From: Gemmatimonadota bacterium
GTDB lineage: Bacteria; Gemmatimonadota; Gemmatimonadetes; Gemmatimonadales; GWC2-71-9
DNA length: 32,605 nucleotides
Direction of reading: 5' to 3'
Assembly: GCA_003220955.1 (NCBI GenBank)
Contig: QHTW01000086.1
Coordinates: forward strand, 1 to 32,605
The position numbers and the translations under genes were made by a program. Every line of letters begins with the position of its first letter. Position 1 is the first letter of the stretch. The notes below the pieces were generated by a model. The model saw only the letters and a program-made list of their open reading frames with translations, did no database searches and was not told the DNA's origin. Below, one piece after another: positions 7,989-17,270 of this stretch.

Positions 7989-10040
7989 ATGCGTCTGCAA
8001 CACGCTTTGGTCGTTGGATTCGTCCTCCTGCCAAGCACACTCTTGCCGCAGCAGCGGCCCTGGCAGTCCACCGACTACTATCGATTGACCGTCGTCAGCA
8101 ATCCGGCGCTCGCTCCCGACGGCCGGCGAGTGGCTTTCGTGCTGACGACGGTCGTGGAAGACAAGGACCGCCGCCACACCGAGATCTGGATGGCGCCGGC
8201 CGATGGGTCTGCCCCGGCATTCCGCTACACCAGCCCGTCGACGGAAGCCTCGAGTCCCCGCTGGTCGCCGGACGGCAGCCTGCTCGCGTTTTCGAGCAAG
8301 CGCGAAGGCTCGGACGACGACGTCTGGTTCTTGCGGACATCAGCCCCGGGCGGCGAAGCGTTCGAGATCAAAGGCGTCCACGCGATGCCGGTCTTTTCGG
8401 CGGATGGCCGCTGGCTCGCCTACGCCTGGCGCGGCGACGAGCCGGACAGCGTGAAGAAGGAAACGTGGCGCACCCGCGTCTCGCCGAGCGCGATCACTCA
8501 CGGACCCGACCCAAAGCGGTTCGACGGGCGCGTGTACACGTCGATCCCGGTCGTGGCCGATGAGCGCGGCTACCTCCCGCCGCGCGAAACCCGGCGCCCC
8601 AGTCATCTCTATCTGGTACCGATCGGCGGCGGCACCCCGCGCCAGCTCACCAGCGGCGAGCTGAGCCAGAACTCTCCCGTCTGGTCGCCAGACGGCAAGA
8701 CGATCATGTTCGAGCAGGATTCGACCGAGAACCAGGAAGTTCGCGACGACACATATCCAGCGCTGTTTCTGCTCACGATTGCGGACGGCACGACCCGCGC
8801 GCTGCGGACCGGGTTCTCGCAGAGCAGTTCGGCCGCGTGGTCGCCCGATGGCAAGACGATCGCCTTCATCTGCTCGAAGGGACGGGGAGTCGAGAACGAC
8901 GTCTGCGTCATTCCGGCGGGCGGCGGAGCCGCGCGCAATCTGACGACCGACTGGAGTCTCGACCCGAGCGATCCCACCTGGTCGGCCGACGGCAAGACGA
9001 TCTACTTCAACGCCGAGACCAACGGCAACGTGCACCTGTTTTCTGTCGCGGCCGCGGGTGGTCCGATCCGCCAGGTGACGTCCGGCGAGCGCACGCTGCG
9101 CGGCTTCTCGTACAGCGCCGACGGGCGCTCCCTCGCCTACACGTCGAGCGACATCACCCACGGCACCGAGCTGTACGTCAACTCGCGACGCCTCACATCC
9201 TTCAACGATTCGCTGTTCAAGCAGGTAGCGCTCATTCCCGCCGACACGTTCTGGTTCACGGGCGTCGGCGGCTTGAAGGTCGAAGGGTGGTTGATGAAGC
9301 CGTTCGGCTATCAGCCCGGGAAGAGTTACCCGCTCGTGCTGTCGATTCACGGTGGGCCGCACTCGAACTACGGCAACGTGCTGTTTCCGGAATTCCAGAT
9401 GCTAGCCGGCCAGGGGTACTGGATGCTCTTTACCAACCCCCGTGGCTCGACCGGATACGGCCATGCGTTTACCTATGCGACACGGGGCCGCTGGGGCATG
9501 GAGGACTACCAGGACTTGATGCAGGCCGTCGATCTCGCCATCGCTCGCGCCAAAGGGGGCGTGGATACCACGCGCATGGCGGTGCTGGGCGGCTCGTACG
9601 GTGGATTCATGACGAACTGGATCGTCGGCCACACGAATCGCTTTCGAGTGGCGCAAACTGATCGTTCGATCTTCAACTGGTATTCCTGGTACGGCTCGTC
9701 GGATGCGCAGGGGCTGACGGAGTACGAGTTCCGCGGCGCGCCGTGGGAGAGCGATTCTCTGTACCGCGTGCTGTCGCCGATGGCCTACGCCACCAACATG
9801 CATACGCCGATGCTGATCGTGCATTCCGAGGACGACAAGCGGGTGCCCATCACCGATGCCGAGCAGCTGTTCATGTCGCTCCGCAAGCGGGGCGTTCCCG
9901 CGGAGTTCGTGCGGTACCCACGCTCCTTCCACGGCTTGTCCCGCACCGGCCCGCCGTGGTTGCTGGTCGACCGGACGTGGTTCGCGCACTGGATCGGAAC
10001 AGGCGACACGGCGCCGGCCGTAACGACGAGGGGGCATTGA
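7989..10040 (+). CDS. S9 family serine peptidase (prolyl oligopeptidase / acylaminoacyl-peptidase type) with an N-terminal beta-propeller
   Basis: 683 aa with repeated WSPDG propeller motifs (PRWSPDGSLLAF, PVWSPDGKTIMF, AAWSPDGKTIAF, PTWSADGKTIYF). Nucleophile elbow is LGGSYGGFM, with Asp in HSEDDKRVP and His in RSFHGL. Confidence 0.85.
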   Translation: MRLQHALVVGFVLLPSTLLPQQRPWQSTDYYRLTVVSNPALAPDGRRVAFVLTTVVEDKDRRHTEIWMAPADGSAPAFRYTSPSTEASSPRWSPDGSLLAFSSKREGSDDDVWFLRTSAPGGEAFEIKGVHAMPVFSADGRWLAYAWRGDEPDSVKKETWRTRVSPSAITHGPDPKRFDGRVYTSIPVVADERGYLPPRETRRPSHLYLVPIGGGTPRQLTSGELSQNSPVWSPDGKTIMFEQDSTENQEVRDDTYPALFLLTIADGTTRALRTGFSQSSSAAWSPDGKTIAFICSKGRGVENDVCVIPAGGGAARNLTTDWSLDPSDPTWSADGKTIYFNAETNGNVHLFSVAAAGGPIRQVTSGERTLRGFSYSADGRSLAYTSSDITHGTELYVNSRRLTSFNDSLFKQVALIPADTFWFTGVGGLKVEGWLMKPFGYQPGKSYPLVLSIHGGPHSNYGNVLFPEFQMLAGQGYWMLFTNPRGSTGYGHAFTYATRGRWGMEDYQDLMQAVDLAIARAKGGVDTTRMAVLGGSYGGFMTNWIVGHTNRFRVAQTDRSIFNWYSWYGSSDAQGLTEYEFRGAPWESDSLYRVLSPMAYATNMHTPMLIVHSEDDKRVPITDAEQLFMSLRKRGVPAEFVRYPRSFHGLSRTGPPWLLVDRTWFAHWIGTGDTAPAVTTRGH

Positions 10041-12397
10041 TGCTGCGAAACGGCGTGCTCCTGGCGCTGGCCGGAATTCTGCTGGCGGCACCCGTACCCG
10101 CCCAGCAGCGGCGCGCGCGGCGCCCCTCCGCCGCGGCGCCGCCCGCCTCCGGCCGCCGGGCTACTCCCGCGATCCCCACGCCGCGGTCCATTCTCGGGTT
10201 CGAGCCCGGGGACGATCGCAAGCTCGTCGAATGGCCGGTTTTGGTGCGCTATTACGAGGCGCTGGCCCGCGCGAGCGATCGCGTCGATTTCCGCGAGCTC
10301 GGCAAGACGACACTGGGGGCGCCGTTCATCGCCCTTGTCATTTCGAGCCCGCAGAACCTGCGACGGCTCGACTCGTACCGGCAGCTCAACGCCGAACTGG
10401 CCGACCCGCGCAGCTTTCGCACCAGCCGGGCCGCGCGTGATGCGCTGCAGAACGGCAAGACGATCGTACTGATCACGTCGAGCATTCACTCGACTGAAGT
10501 TGGCGGCCATCTCTCGCCGGTTGCCCTGGCCTATCGGTTGGCGACCGACACGAGCGCTACCACGCGCGCCATCCTCGACAATGTGATTCTCTGGCTGGTC
10601 CCGTCATTGAATCCCGACGGCGTGACCATCGTGGCCAAGTGGTATAACCACACGCTCGGCACCAGCGCGGAGGGGACATCGCCGCCGGAGCTGTACCATC
10701 ACTACGCCGGCCACGACAACAACCGGGACTGGTACGCGTTCACTCAGGTCGAAACCCAGCTGACCGTCGATTCGCTCTACAACGTCTGGCACCCCCAGAT
10801 CGTGCACGACATTCACCAGATGGATGCCACCGGTGCACGGCTGTTTCTTCCTCCCTATCTCGATCCGGTCGAGCCCAACGTCGATCCGTTGCTAATCGAC
10901 GGCGTCAACGCGCTGGGGACCGCGATGGCCTGGGAGCTCGGGGGTCAGGGCAAGACGGGGATCTCGATCAACTCGACCTACGACGCCTGGACCCCGGCCC
11001 GCGCCTACCAGCATTACCACGGCGGCGTGCGCATTCTGTCGGAGACGGCCAGCGCCGATCTCGCCACTCCCATCGACATACCCTTCGACCGCCTGCAGGC
11101 CCGCGCGCGCGGCTACAATCCGCGCGAGCGGTCGTGGAATTTTACAAATCCGTGGCGCGGCGGGCGCTGGTCGTTACGGGATATCGTGTCGTACCAGTCT
11201 GAAGGCGCGTACGCGCTGCTGGCGCACGCCGCGCAGGCGCGTGAGCGGTGGCTCGCAAATTTCTTCAACGTCGAAACGCGCGCGATACGCGGGTGGCGTG
11301 ACTGGCCATACGCCTATGTGATCCCGGCACGCCAAGACTCCGTTGGGCTGAGCGCGATGCTCGGCATCCTTCGGCGTGGCGGCGTCGAGATTCGCACCGC
11401 GCTGCAGTCGTTCACGGCCCAGGGACAGCGCCACGCGGCCGGCACCTATGTCATCGTGCTGCGGCAGCCGTACGCGGCGTTTGCGAAAACGCTGCTCGAG
11501 CCGCAGCACTATCCCGATCGCCGGTTGTATCCCGGCGGCCCACCCGAGAAACCCTATGACGTGACAGCCCACACGCTGCCCCTCCTGATGGGTGTAAGCG
11601 CGGTGGCGGTGAACGACTCACTCCGGGTACCGCTCTCCGCCCCGATCACACCGCGATCGGTAAGTCCGATTCCACCCTTTGCCGCCGACACGCCGCGCAT
11701 CGGTCTATACAGGTCATACGACGCAGCGATTGACGAGGGCTGGACCCGGTGGGTCTTCGACAAGTGGAAGGTGCCGTACACGTCCCTCGTCGACTCGGTC
11801 GTGCGCGCCGGCAAGCTGCACGATCAGTTCGACGTGATCATCCTTCCCGACCAGTCCCCGAACGAGATTCTCGGGGGACTGCCGCCGCGCTATCCCGCGC
11901 CGTATTCGGGAGGCATCGGTACCGACGGCAGTGAGGCGCTGCGGCAGTTCGTGCTCGACGGAGGAACCTTGGTCGCGCTGAACGAGGCGAGCCGTTTTGT
12001 GATCCAAGCGTTGCTCCTGCCCGTACGCAACGTTCTGGAGGCGGTGAGCGACGAGGACTTCTACGCACCCGGGTCAATTTTCCGACTCGAGCTCGACACC
12101 TCGAGCGCGATCGCACGCGGCATGCCGCGCGAAACGATGGGCTGGTTCCAGGGCGGACCAGCGTTCGAGGTGCTCGACTCGACGGTGACGCACGTCGTCG
12201 GGCGGTGGCCGGATGATCCCGCGCGCGTTCTGCTCTCCGGTTGGGTTCTCCGCCCCGAGCGCATCGCAGGCAAGGCCGCCATTCTCGAAGTGCAACAGGG
12301 AGCCGGACGGATCATCCTGTTCGGCCTGCGGCCGCAGTATCGCGGCCAGAGCATCGCGTCGTACCCCTTACTATTCAATAGCTTACGAAGTAAATGA
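10040..12397 (+). CDS. Large secreted M14-family zinc carboxypeptidase-like protein
   Basis: Track ORF 9743..12397. The likely start is ATG 10040, overlapping the upstream TGA (TGATG), giving MLRNGVLLALAGILLAAPVPAQQ as a signal peptide. M14 motifs are present: SSIHSTEVGG (HxxE), PSLNPDG, HDNNRDW and HDIHQ. Confidence 0.75.
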   Translation: MLRNGVLLALAGILLAAPVPAQQRRARRPSAAAPPASGRRATPAIPTPRSILGFEPGDDRKLVEWPVLVRYYEALARASDRVDFRELGKTTLGAPFIALVISSPQNLRRLDSYRQLNAELADPRSFRTSRAARDALQNGKTIVLITSSIHSTEVGGHLSPVALAYRLATDTSATTRAILDNVILWLVPSLNPDGVTIVAKWYNHTLGTSAEGTSPPELYHHYAGHDNNRDWYAFTQVETQLTVDSLYNVWHPQIVHDIHQMDATGARLFLPPYLDPVEPNVDPLLIDGVNALGTAMAWELGGQGKTGISINSTYDAWTPARAYQHYHGGVRILSETASADLATPIDIPFDRLQARARGYNPRERSWNFTNPWRGGRWSLRDIVSYQSEGAYALLAHAAQARERWLANFFNVETRAIRGWRDWPYAYVIPARQDSVGLSAMLGILRRGGVEIRTALQSFTAQGQRHAAGTYVIVLRQPYAAFAKTLLEPQHYPDRRLYPGGPPEKPYDVTAHTLPLLMGVSAVAVNDSLRVPLSAPITPRSVSPIPPFAADTPRIGLYRSYDAAIDEGWTRWVFDKWKVPYTSLVDSVVRAGKLHDQFDVIILPDQSPNEILGGLPPRYPAPYSGGIGTDGSEALRQFVLDGGTLVALNEASRFVIQALLLPVRNVLEAVSDEDFYAPGSIFRLELDTSSAIARGMPRETMGWFQGGPAFEVLDSTVTHVVGRWPDDPARVLLSGWVLRPERIAGKAAILEVQQGAGRIILFGLRPQYRGQSIASYPLLFNSLRSK

Positions 12398-12433
12398 GGC
12401 CTTAATCCTTGCCCGGTTGGGGGTCAGTTTCCT

Positions 12434-13636
12434 ATGTTGGTCACCCCTATGAAGTTGGCTCGGCAGGCCAGCGCTCTGTTGCTCTGGGCCGCGACTCTCA
12501 GTCGCGGCCTTTTTGCCCAACAACTTCCCTCGTCGCCCGACAAGTTTCAGCTCCGCGGCGTCGAGCTGCGGTACGTCCTGCCGGAGCCGCTCTTCGATAA
12601 CGAGCAGACGACCGAACCGATCAAGGCCCTCTACGTCAACGCGTGGGCGTTTGGCTCCAGCAAGCTGGCGCAACTGGTTCGGCTCGCCGACTCGACCGAG
12701 ATCAACGCGTTCGTGGTCGACGTCAAGGATGACACCGGATGCCTGTTGTATCCCTCTGACGTCAAGGTCGCGCAGGAGATCGGAGCGACGAAGTGCGTGC
12801 GCACAAAGGACGTCGAGTCGCGGCTCGACACGCTGCGCGCGCACGATATCTACGCCATCGCGCGCATCGTCGTCGCCAAAGATCCGCTGCTCGCCGAGCG
12901 CCGGCCCAAGTGGTCGGTGCAGAATCGCGACGGCAGCGGGTTGTGGCGCGATCGGATCGGTATCGCGTGGGTGGATGCGTACAACGACTCGGTATGGATC
13001 TACTCGGCGCAGCTGGCTCAGGAAGCGGTGAAGCTCGGGTTCAACGAGGTCCAGTTCGACTATGTGCGCTTCCCGGATGAGCCGAAGGAAGCGATGGCAC
13101 AGGCGGTCTTCGCCGCTCGCAAACCTGGTGAATCGCAGCGCGAAGGCGTCCAGGCGGGGATCGCGATACTCACGCATCGCATCCAGCCGCTTGGTGTGCC
13201 GGTCACGTTCGACATCTTCGGGCTGACGGCGTCCGCCACGAATGACCTCGGCATCGGTCAGGTGTGGGAAGATTTCGTCAGCGTCGCCGACGTCGTATTA
13301 CCGATGGTGTATCCCAGCCACTACTATCGCGGCAGCTACGGACTCGCCTGGCCGAACGGCGAGCCGTATCGGGTCGTGCGCAATGCATTGAGTGAAGCGC
13401 TCGAGCGTTCTCGACCGCTGGTCAAGGCCGCCACGATTCGGCCGTATCTCCAGGCATTCACGCTCGGCCGGCGCAAGCCACGCTACACGCCGCACGAAAT
13501 TCGTGAGCAGATCCGCGCGGCCGAAGAGCTGGGCATCGACACGTGGGTGCTTTGGAATCCGCGCAGCGTCTATCAGCGCGACTCACTGCGCCCCTACCGG
13601 GAGCAGGTGGCGATAGTTCCGGGCGGCACGCCGTAG
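12434..13636 (+). CDS. Putative glycoside hydrolase-like TIM-barrel protein (COG1306/DUF4015-like), secreted
   Basis: 400 aa with a signal-like N-terminus (an alternative start at ATG 12449 gives MKLARQASALLLWAATLSRGLFAQQ). YVNAWAFGS...EINAFVVDVKDDTG and EVQFDYVRFPDE resemble that family from memory. Family assignment is tentative. Confidence 0.5.
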   Translation: MLVTPMKLARQASALLLWAATLSRGLFAQQLPSSPDKFQLRGVELRYVLPEPLFDNEQTTEPIKALYVNAWAFGSSKLAQLVRLADSTEINAFVVDVKDDTGCLLYPSDVKVAQEIGATKCVRTKDVESRLDTLRAHDIYAIARIVVAKDPLLAERRPKWSVQNRDGSGLWRDRIGIAWVDAYNDSVWIYSAQLAQEAVKLGFNEVQFDYVRFPDEPKEAMAQAVFAARKPGESQREGVQAGIAILTHRIQPLGVPVTFDIFGLTASATNDLGIGQVWEDFVSVADVVLPMVYPSHYYRGSYGLAWPNGEPYRVVRNALSEALERSRPLVKAATIRPYLQAFTLGRRKPRYTPHEIREQIRAAEELGIDTWVLWNPRSVYQRDSLRPYREQVAIVPGGTP

Positions 13637-13651
13637 CGCCATATTCCCGCA

Positions 13652-14389
13652 ATGAAAAAGCTGTGGATACCCTTGGCGCTCGCCGGAGTGCTCGGCGCGT
13701 GCTCCGGCACGAGTGGCGTCGATCCGGATGCGATCCCCGCCCGCGAACTGCTCGCCGTGCACACCGCCCTCGATTCCGCTTTCCTCCACGATACGACGCT
13801 CGATCGTGCCTTCACCGGAGACTCCGGCCTCTATGCCCTGATGTCGACGCTCGTTTTCTTCTTCATCGATCGGGCATCGCGGATCGGTCAGGGCACCGAC
13901 ACGACGCGGGTCGTGGGAATCGAGTTCGACATCGACGCGACCCAGAATGGCACGCGCGTGATCAGTGACTTCACGACAGTGCTCGCGTGGAAGGGCTATG
14001 ACTCCACCACCAGCACGGTGGACTCTGTCTTATTCTTGCTGGGGTCCGGGCGCGCTCCGGTGAACGATTCGCTCCGGCCGCGCTTCACGCTCGATTCCGC
14101 GGGCACGGGAACGGGCTTCGTCATTCATCAGGCGAGGGACTCGAGAGTCACCAAGTGGTGGTCACGCGGCGGCCACCTGCGAACGACGTCGAGTCAGTAT
14201 GGAACCGGGCACGGTACTGCGTCCTTCTCCGTCGCCCGTGGTTCCTTGAGCGGCGCGTTCACCATCAACGCGAAATTGGTTCCGGATTCGAGTACGGCGG
14301 TGACGTCCGCGCTGGATTTTGGAAATGGCGCGCGGGCGATCAAGGTGAAGATTCGAGGGACTCTACCATCCCCGGCGCCCATGCGGTGA
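13652..14389 (+). CDS. Hypothetical lipoprotein
   Basis: MKKLWIPLALAGVLGAC has a lipobox-like L-G-A-C. It starts 15 nt after the upstream gene. I recognise no family. Confidence 0.55.
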   Translation: MKKLWIPLALAGVLGACSGTSGVDPDAIPARELLAVHTALDSAFLHDTTLDRAFTGDSGLYALMSTLVFFFIDRASRIGQGTDTTRVVGIEFDIDATQNGTRVISDFTTVLAWKGYDSTTSTVDSVLFLLGSGRAPVNDSLRPRFTLDSAGTGTGFVIHQARDSRVTKWWSRGGHLRTTSSQYGTGHGTASFSVARGSLSGAFTINAKLVPDSSTAVTSALDFGNGARAIKVKIRGTLPSPAPMR

Positions 14390-16337
14390 TGTAGCCGGTG
14401 ATGGCCGAGGCGGCCACCGTATAGGGGTTGGCAAGGTAGAGTTGACCGGGGCCAGAACGGCCCGGGAAGTTGCGGTTGATCGCGCTAATGGTGACTTCTT
14501 CCCGCGTCTTCGACACGCCTGGTCCCGCATTGATGCAGGCTCCGCACGACGGCTCCAGGAATGTCGCGCCCACGCGCTGAAAGATGTCCAGGTACCCGCG
14601 CTGCTCGCAGTAGCGCTTCACGTCCTGCGACCCACACTGAATGAAGAAGCGCACCCAGGGCGCCACCCGCTCGCCACGCGCGGCCGCGTCCGCCAGCACG
14701 CGCGCATACATATCCATGTCTTCCTTCTTCCCCGCGGTGCAGGAGCCCGCGTATGCGATGTCGACCTTGATGCGCTGAGCGACGTCCTCGATATAGAGCC
14801 CGTTCCCGGGATCACCCGGGAGCGCGATCATCGGCCGGATGCTGGCGGCGTCGATCGCGATGACTTGGCAGTACTCGGCACCGGGGTCGCTGGCGAGACC
14901 GGAACAGAGCCGCTCCGCATCCGCGCGCGATAGCTTCCGATAGTCCATCAGGAACTCGACCGTCTTCTCATCCGGTGCCACATAGCCCGTAAAGCCACCC
15001 ACTTCGGCCGTCATGTTGGTCATCGTGGCCCGTTCGTCAACCGACAGCGACGCGACAGCATCGCCACAATACTCCACCAGCTTCCCGATGGCCTTCCCGG
15101 TCTTCACGTAGGGATGACGCAGCACTTCCAGCATGAAGTCCTTGGCCGTGACGTTGTCGGGTTTCTGGCCGCTGATCACGACCTTGACCGTCTCCGGCAC
15201 CTGCAGGCGCACATCCTTTGTGATCCAGGAATTGAAGATCGCCGTCGTTCCCACGCCGAAGGCGATGCACCCGACGGCCCCGGCATGCGGTGTATGCGAA
15301 TCGGAGCCGATGATCACCTGACCGGGGAGCGCATGCGCCTCGAGAATCTTCGAGTGACAAATCGCTTCCGAGCCGTGGTGGCCAAGCCGCAGCTCGCCGT
15401 ACAGCTTGATCCCCTGCGCCGCCGCGAACTCGCGCTGCTTCTTCTCCAGCTGCATCGCGACATCGAGCAGTCCTTCTTTGATGCGCTCCGGTGTCATGGC
15501 CTCCGGCAGGAACGTGAGATGATCGCGAAACATCAGGATCGAGCCGGGATCGTGGACCTTCGCGTCCTTGCCGACGAGCTGCTCGAAGAAGATTGCGGCC
15601 ATCGGTGTCACGTATTCGTGGCTGAATCGGATGTCGGTGAGGACGAATCCCTCGTCGCCGGGCTTCACGGCGGGCACCCCGATCTTGCCCTTGGCGGGAT
15701 CGACCACCCAGCGACGCGCAAGAATCTTCTCACCCAGCGTCATCGGGCGGCGCGGCGTTTGGGGTGGATGGAGGACGAGCTCACCCTTCAGGCGCGCCAT
15801 GTTGTAGTTGAACAATCCCCCATGTTCGATGATGCCGCGCGTGATCTCACCCTCTCCCGCCGTGAACACGGAGAGCGGGATGTCTTCGCCGCGACGGACC
15901 TTGTGGAGCATGGAGAAATCGGTCGTCGTAAGGATCCCGAGGTTCTGACAGTTCTCGCGGTAGATGCGTTCGATGCTCTCGGCCACGACCAGCTTGATTC
16001 CGGCACACATCTCGGCGTAGGGGGACTGCTCGCGGGAGGAGCCTTTACCCCGGCGCTTGCCGCTGACCGCGGCGACGAAACCGCCGCCCTTCACGGCCCC
16101 GCGCGTAATGGGGAACTCGTCGCGGCACTTGAGTCCGAGATAGGGAAAGTCACCCAGTGTTTCGTCGTAGTAGTAACAGATGTATGCGGGGGTGATTTCA
16201 TCGGTGGAGATATCGTCGCGCAACTTGTTGGCCGGCGTCCACGTGGGGTCATTCCCGGCGAGCTGCGCCCGCACGAACGCGGGATCCTCGGTGAGATAGA
16301 GGATGCGCCCCTGCAGTCGGACGTTCGCGTCGCGCAT
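14340..16337 (-). CDS. Aconitase-family hydro-lyase with an N-terminal swivel (LeuD-like) domain fused to a LeuC-like catalytic domain
   Basis: Track ORF 14340..16394. The N-terminal part carries DDISTDEITPA and GKGSSREQSPYAE...AESIERIYRENCQNLGIL (swivel domain). After MTLGEKILARR comes the catalytic part with GSDSHTPHAG, AGSCTAGK and EPSCGACIN (Fe-S ligands). I prefer the start at ATG 16337 (MRDANV...), but 16394 is possible. Confidence 0.8.
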   Translation of the reverse strand: MRDANVRLQGRILYLTEDPAFVRAQLAGNDPTWTPANKLRDDISTDEITPAYICYYYDETLGDFPYLGLKCRDEFPITRGAVKGGGFVAAVSGKRRGKGSSREQSPYAEMCAGIKLVVAESIERIYRENCQNLGILTTTDFSMLHKVRRGEDIPLSVFTAGEGEITRGIIEHGGLFNYNMARLKGELVLHPPQTPRRPMTLGEKILARRWVVDPAKGKIGVPAVKPGDEGFVLTDIRFSHEYVTPMAAIFFEQLVGKDAKVHDPGSILMFRDHLTFLPEAMTPERIKEGLLDVAMQLEKKQREFAAAQGIKLYGELRLGHHGSEAICHSKILEAHALPGQVIIGSDSHTPHAGAVGCIAFGVGTTAIFNSWITKDVRLQVPETVKVVISGQKPDNVTAKDFMLEVLRHPYVKTGKAIGKLVEYCGDAVASLSVDERATMTNMTAEVGGFTGYVAPDEKTVEFLMDYRKLSRADAERLCSGLASDPGAEYCQVIAIDAASIRPMIALPGDPGNGLYIEDVAQRIKVDIAYAGSCTAGKKEDMDMYARVLADAAARGERVAPWVRFFIQCGSQDVKRYCEQRGYLDIFQRVGATFLEPSCGACINAGPGVSKTREEVTISAINRNFPGRSGPGQLYLANPYTVAASAITGYITAWAPGMVESLESSP

Positions 16338-16392
16338 GCGCGAAGTATCACCCCTTGCCGCGGGGCGAGCAAGCGGATTTTCTTGGAAGCTC

Positions 16393-17256
16393 ATGTTCCT
16401 TCCTGCCGTGCTTTTGTTGCAAGCGACGTTTCACAGCCCGCGCGTCATCGAGAGCTCCGGCGTAGCGGTGAGCCATGCCTATCCCGGCGTGTTGTGGACC
16501 CACAACGATTCCGGGGATGGGCCCTATCTGTACGCGACGGATCTGCGCGGCACCGACCGCGGCGCGTTGCTCGTGCCGGGCGCGCAGGCGATCGACTGGG
16601 AGGACGTCGCACTGGGTCCCTGCCCGGTCACATTTTTGCCGAAGGCCGGCTCGTGCCTCTATCTCGCGGACACGGGCGACAATTTCGAGTTCCGTCCGTT
16701 CGTGACGGTCTACGCGATTCCAGAGCCACCACCGCCGGAACGTGCGGGAGATACGCTGGGAACCACTCGCGCGCCGGCCGTCGTGCACCTTCGTTATCCG
16801 GATGGTCCGCACGACGTCGAGGCGGTTTATGTCTCCCCGGGCGACACGGCTCTGTATCTGGTGAGTAAGGGAGCGCTGCGAGGTAGCGCGATCCGTTTGT
16901 ATCGGGTGGATCGCCGCGGCTGGAGCATTCCCGACACGACGTTCGACGTCGTGGTCGCGACGCTCGTACAGACCCTGGACATCCGCCCCAGCCCTGAAGC
17001 GGGCCGCGTCGTGACCGCGGGAGCCATTCGACAGGACGGGCGCCTTGTGGCGCTGCGCACCTACTCGGAGATCTACCTGTTCTATCCGGGAGTTGGTGGC
17101 CGCCTGTTGCCCGCTCGCGAGCACCCTTGCAGCATTGCCGGGCTGGAGATCGGCGGTGAAGCGATCGATTTTCTCGATGATTCGACGTTCGTCCTGACGA
17201 GCGAAGCGTCCGGCACGCGCCTGGGCAGAATCGACACCGTGACCTGCCGTCCCTAA
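16393..17256 (+). CDS. Hypothetical protein, possibly a secreted beta-propeller/phytase-like fold
   Basis: Track ORF 16303..17256. Motifs WTHNDSGDG, EDVALG and LADTGDN resemble phytase-like or SdiA-regulated propeller families (weak recall). The start is unresolved between 16303 and 16393. Confidence 0.45.
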   Translation: MFLPAVLLLQATFHSPRVIESSGVAVSHAYPGVLWTHNDSGDGPYLYATDLRGTDRGALLVPGAQAIDWEDVALGPCPVTFLPKAGSCLYLADTGDNFEFRPFVTVYAIPEPPPPERAGDTLGTTRAPAVVHLRYPDGPHDVEAVYVSPGDTALYLVSKGALRGSAIRLYRVDRRGWSIPDTTFDVVVATLVQTLDIRPSPEAGRVVTAGAIRQDGRLVALRTYSEIYLFYPGVGGRLLPAREHPCSIAGLEIGGEAIDFLDDSTFVLTSEASGTRLGRIDTVTCRP

Positions 17257-17270
17257 TGGAGTCGTGACAC

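Noticed and set aside
6494-8071. Long alternative-frame or antisense track ORFs. Examples: 6494..8071 minus (525 aa), 4846..5742 minus, 15114..16868 plus (584 aa), 16348..17637 minus (429 aa), 20347..21804 minus (485 aa), 21435..22871 minus (478 aa), 2590..3390 minus, 8340..9362 minus.
   Set aside because: All lie opposite or out of frame to genes with clear family motifs. Their translations are Arg/Ala/Gly/Pro-rich low-complexity strings typical of stop-poor wrong frames in GC-rich DNA. None shows a recognisable motif.
16392-16395. Divergent start codons sharing CATG: the minus-strand aconitase-like ORF starts at 16394 and the plus-strand hypothetical at 16393.
   Set aside because: This is probably an artefact of longest-ORF calling. 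The aconitase-like protein more plausibly starts at ATG 16337, and the plus-strand start is unresolved. No regulatory meaning is inferred.
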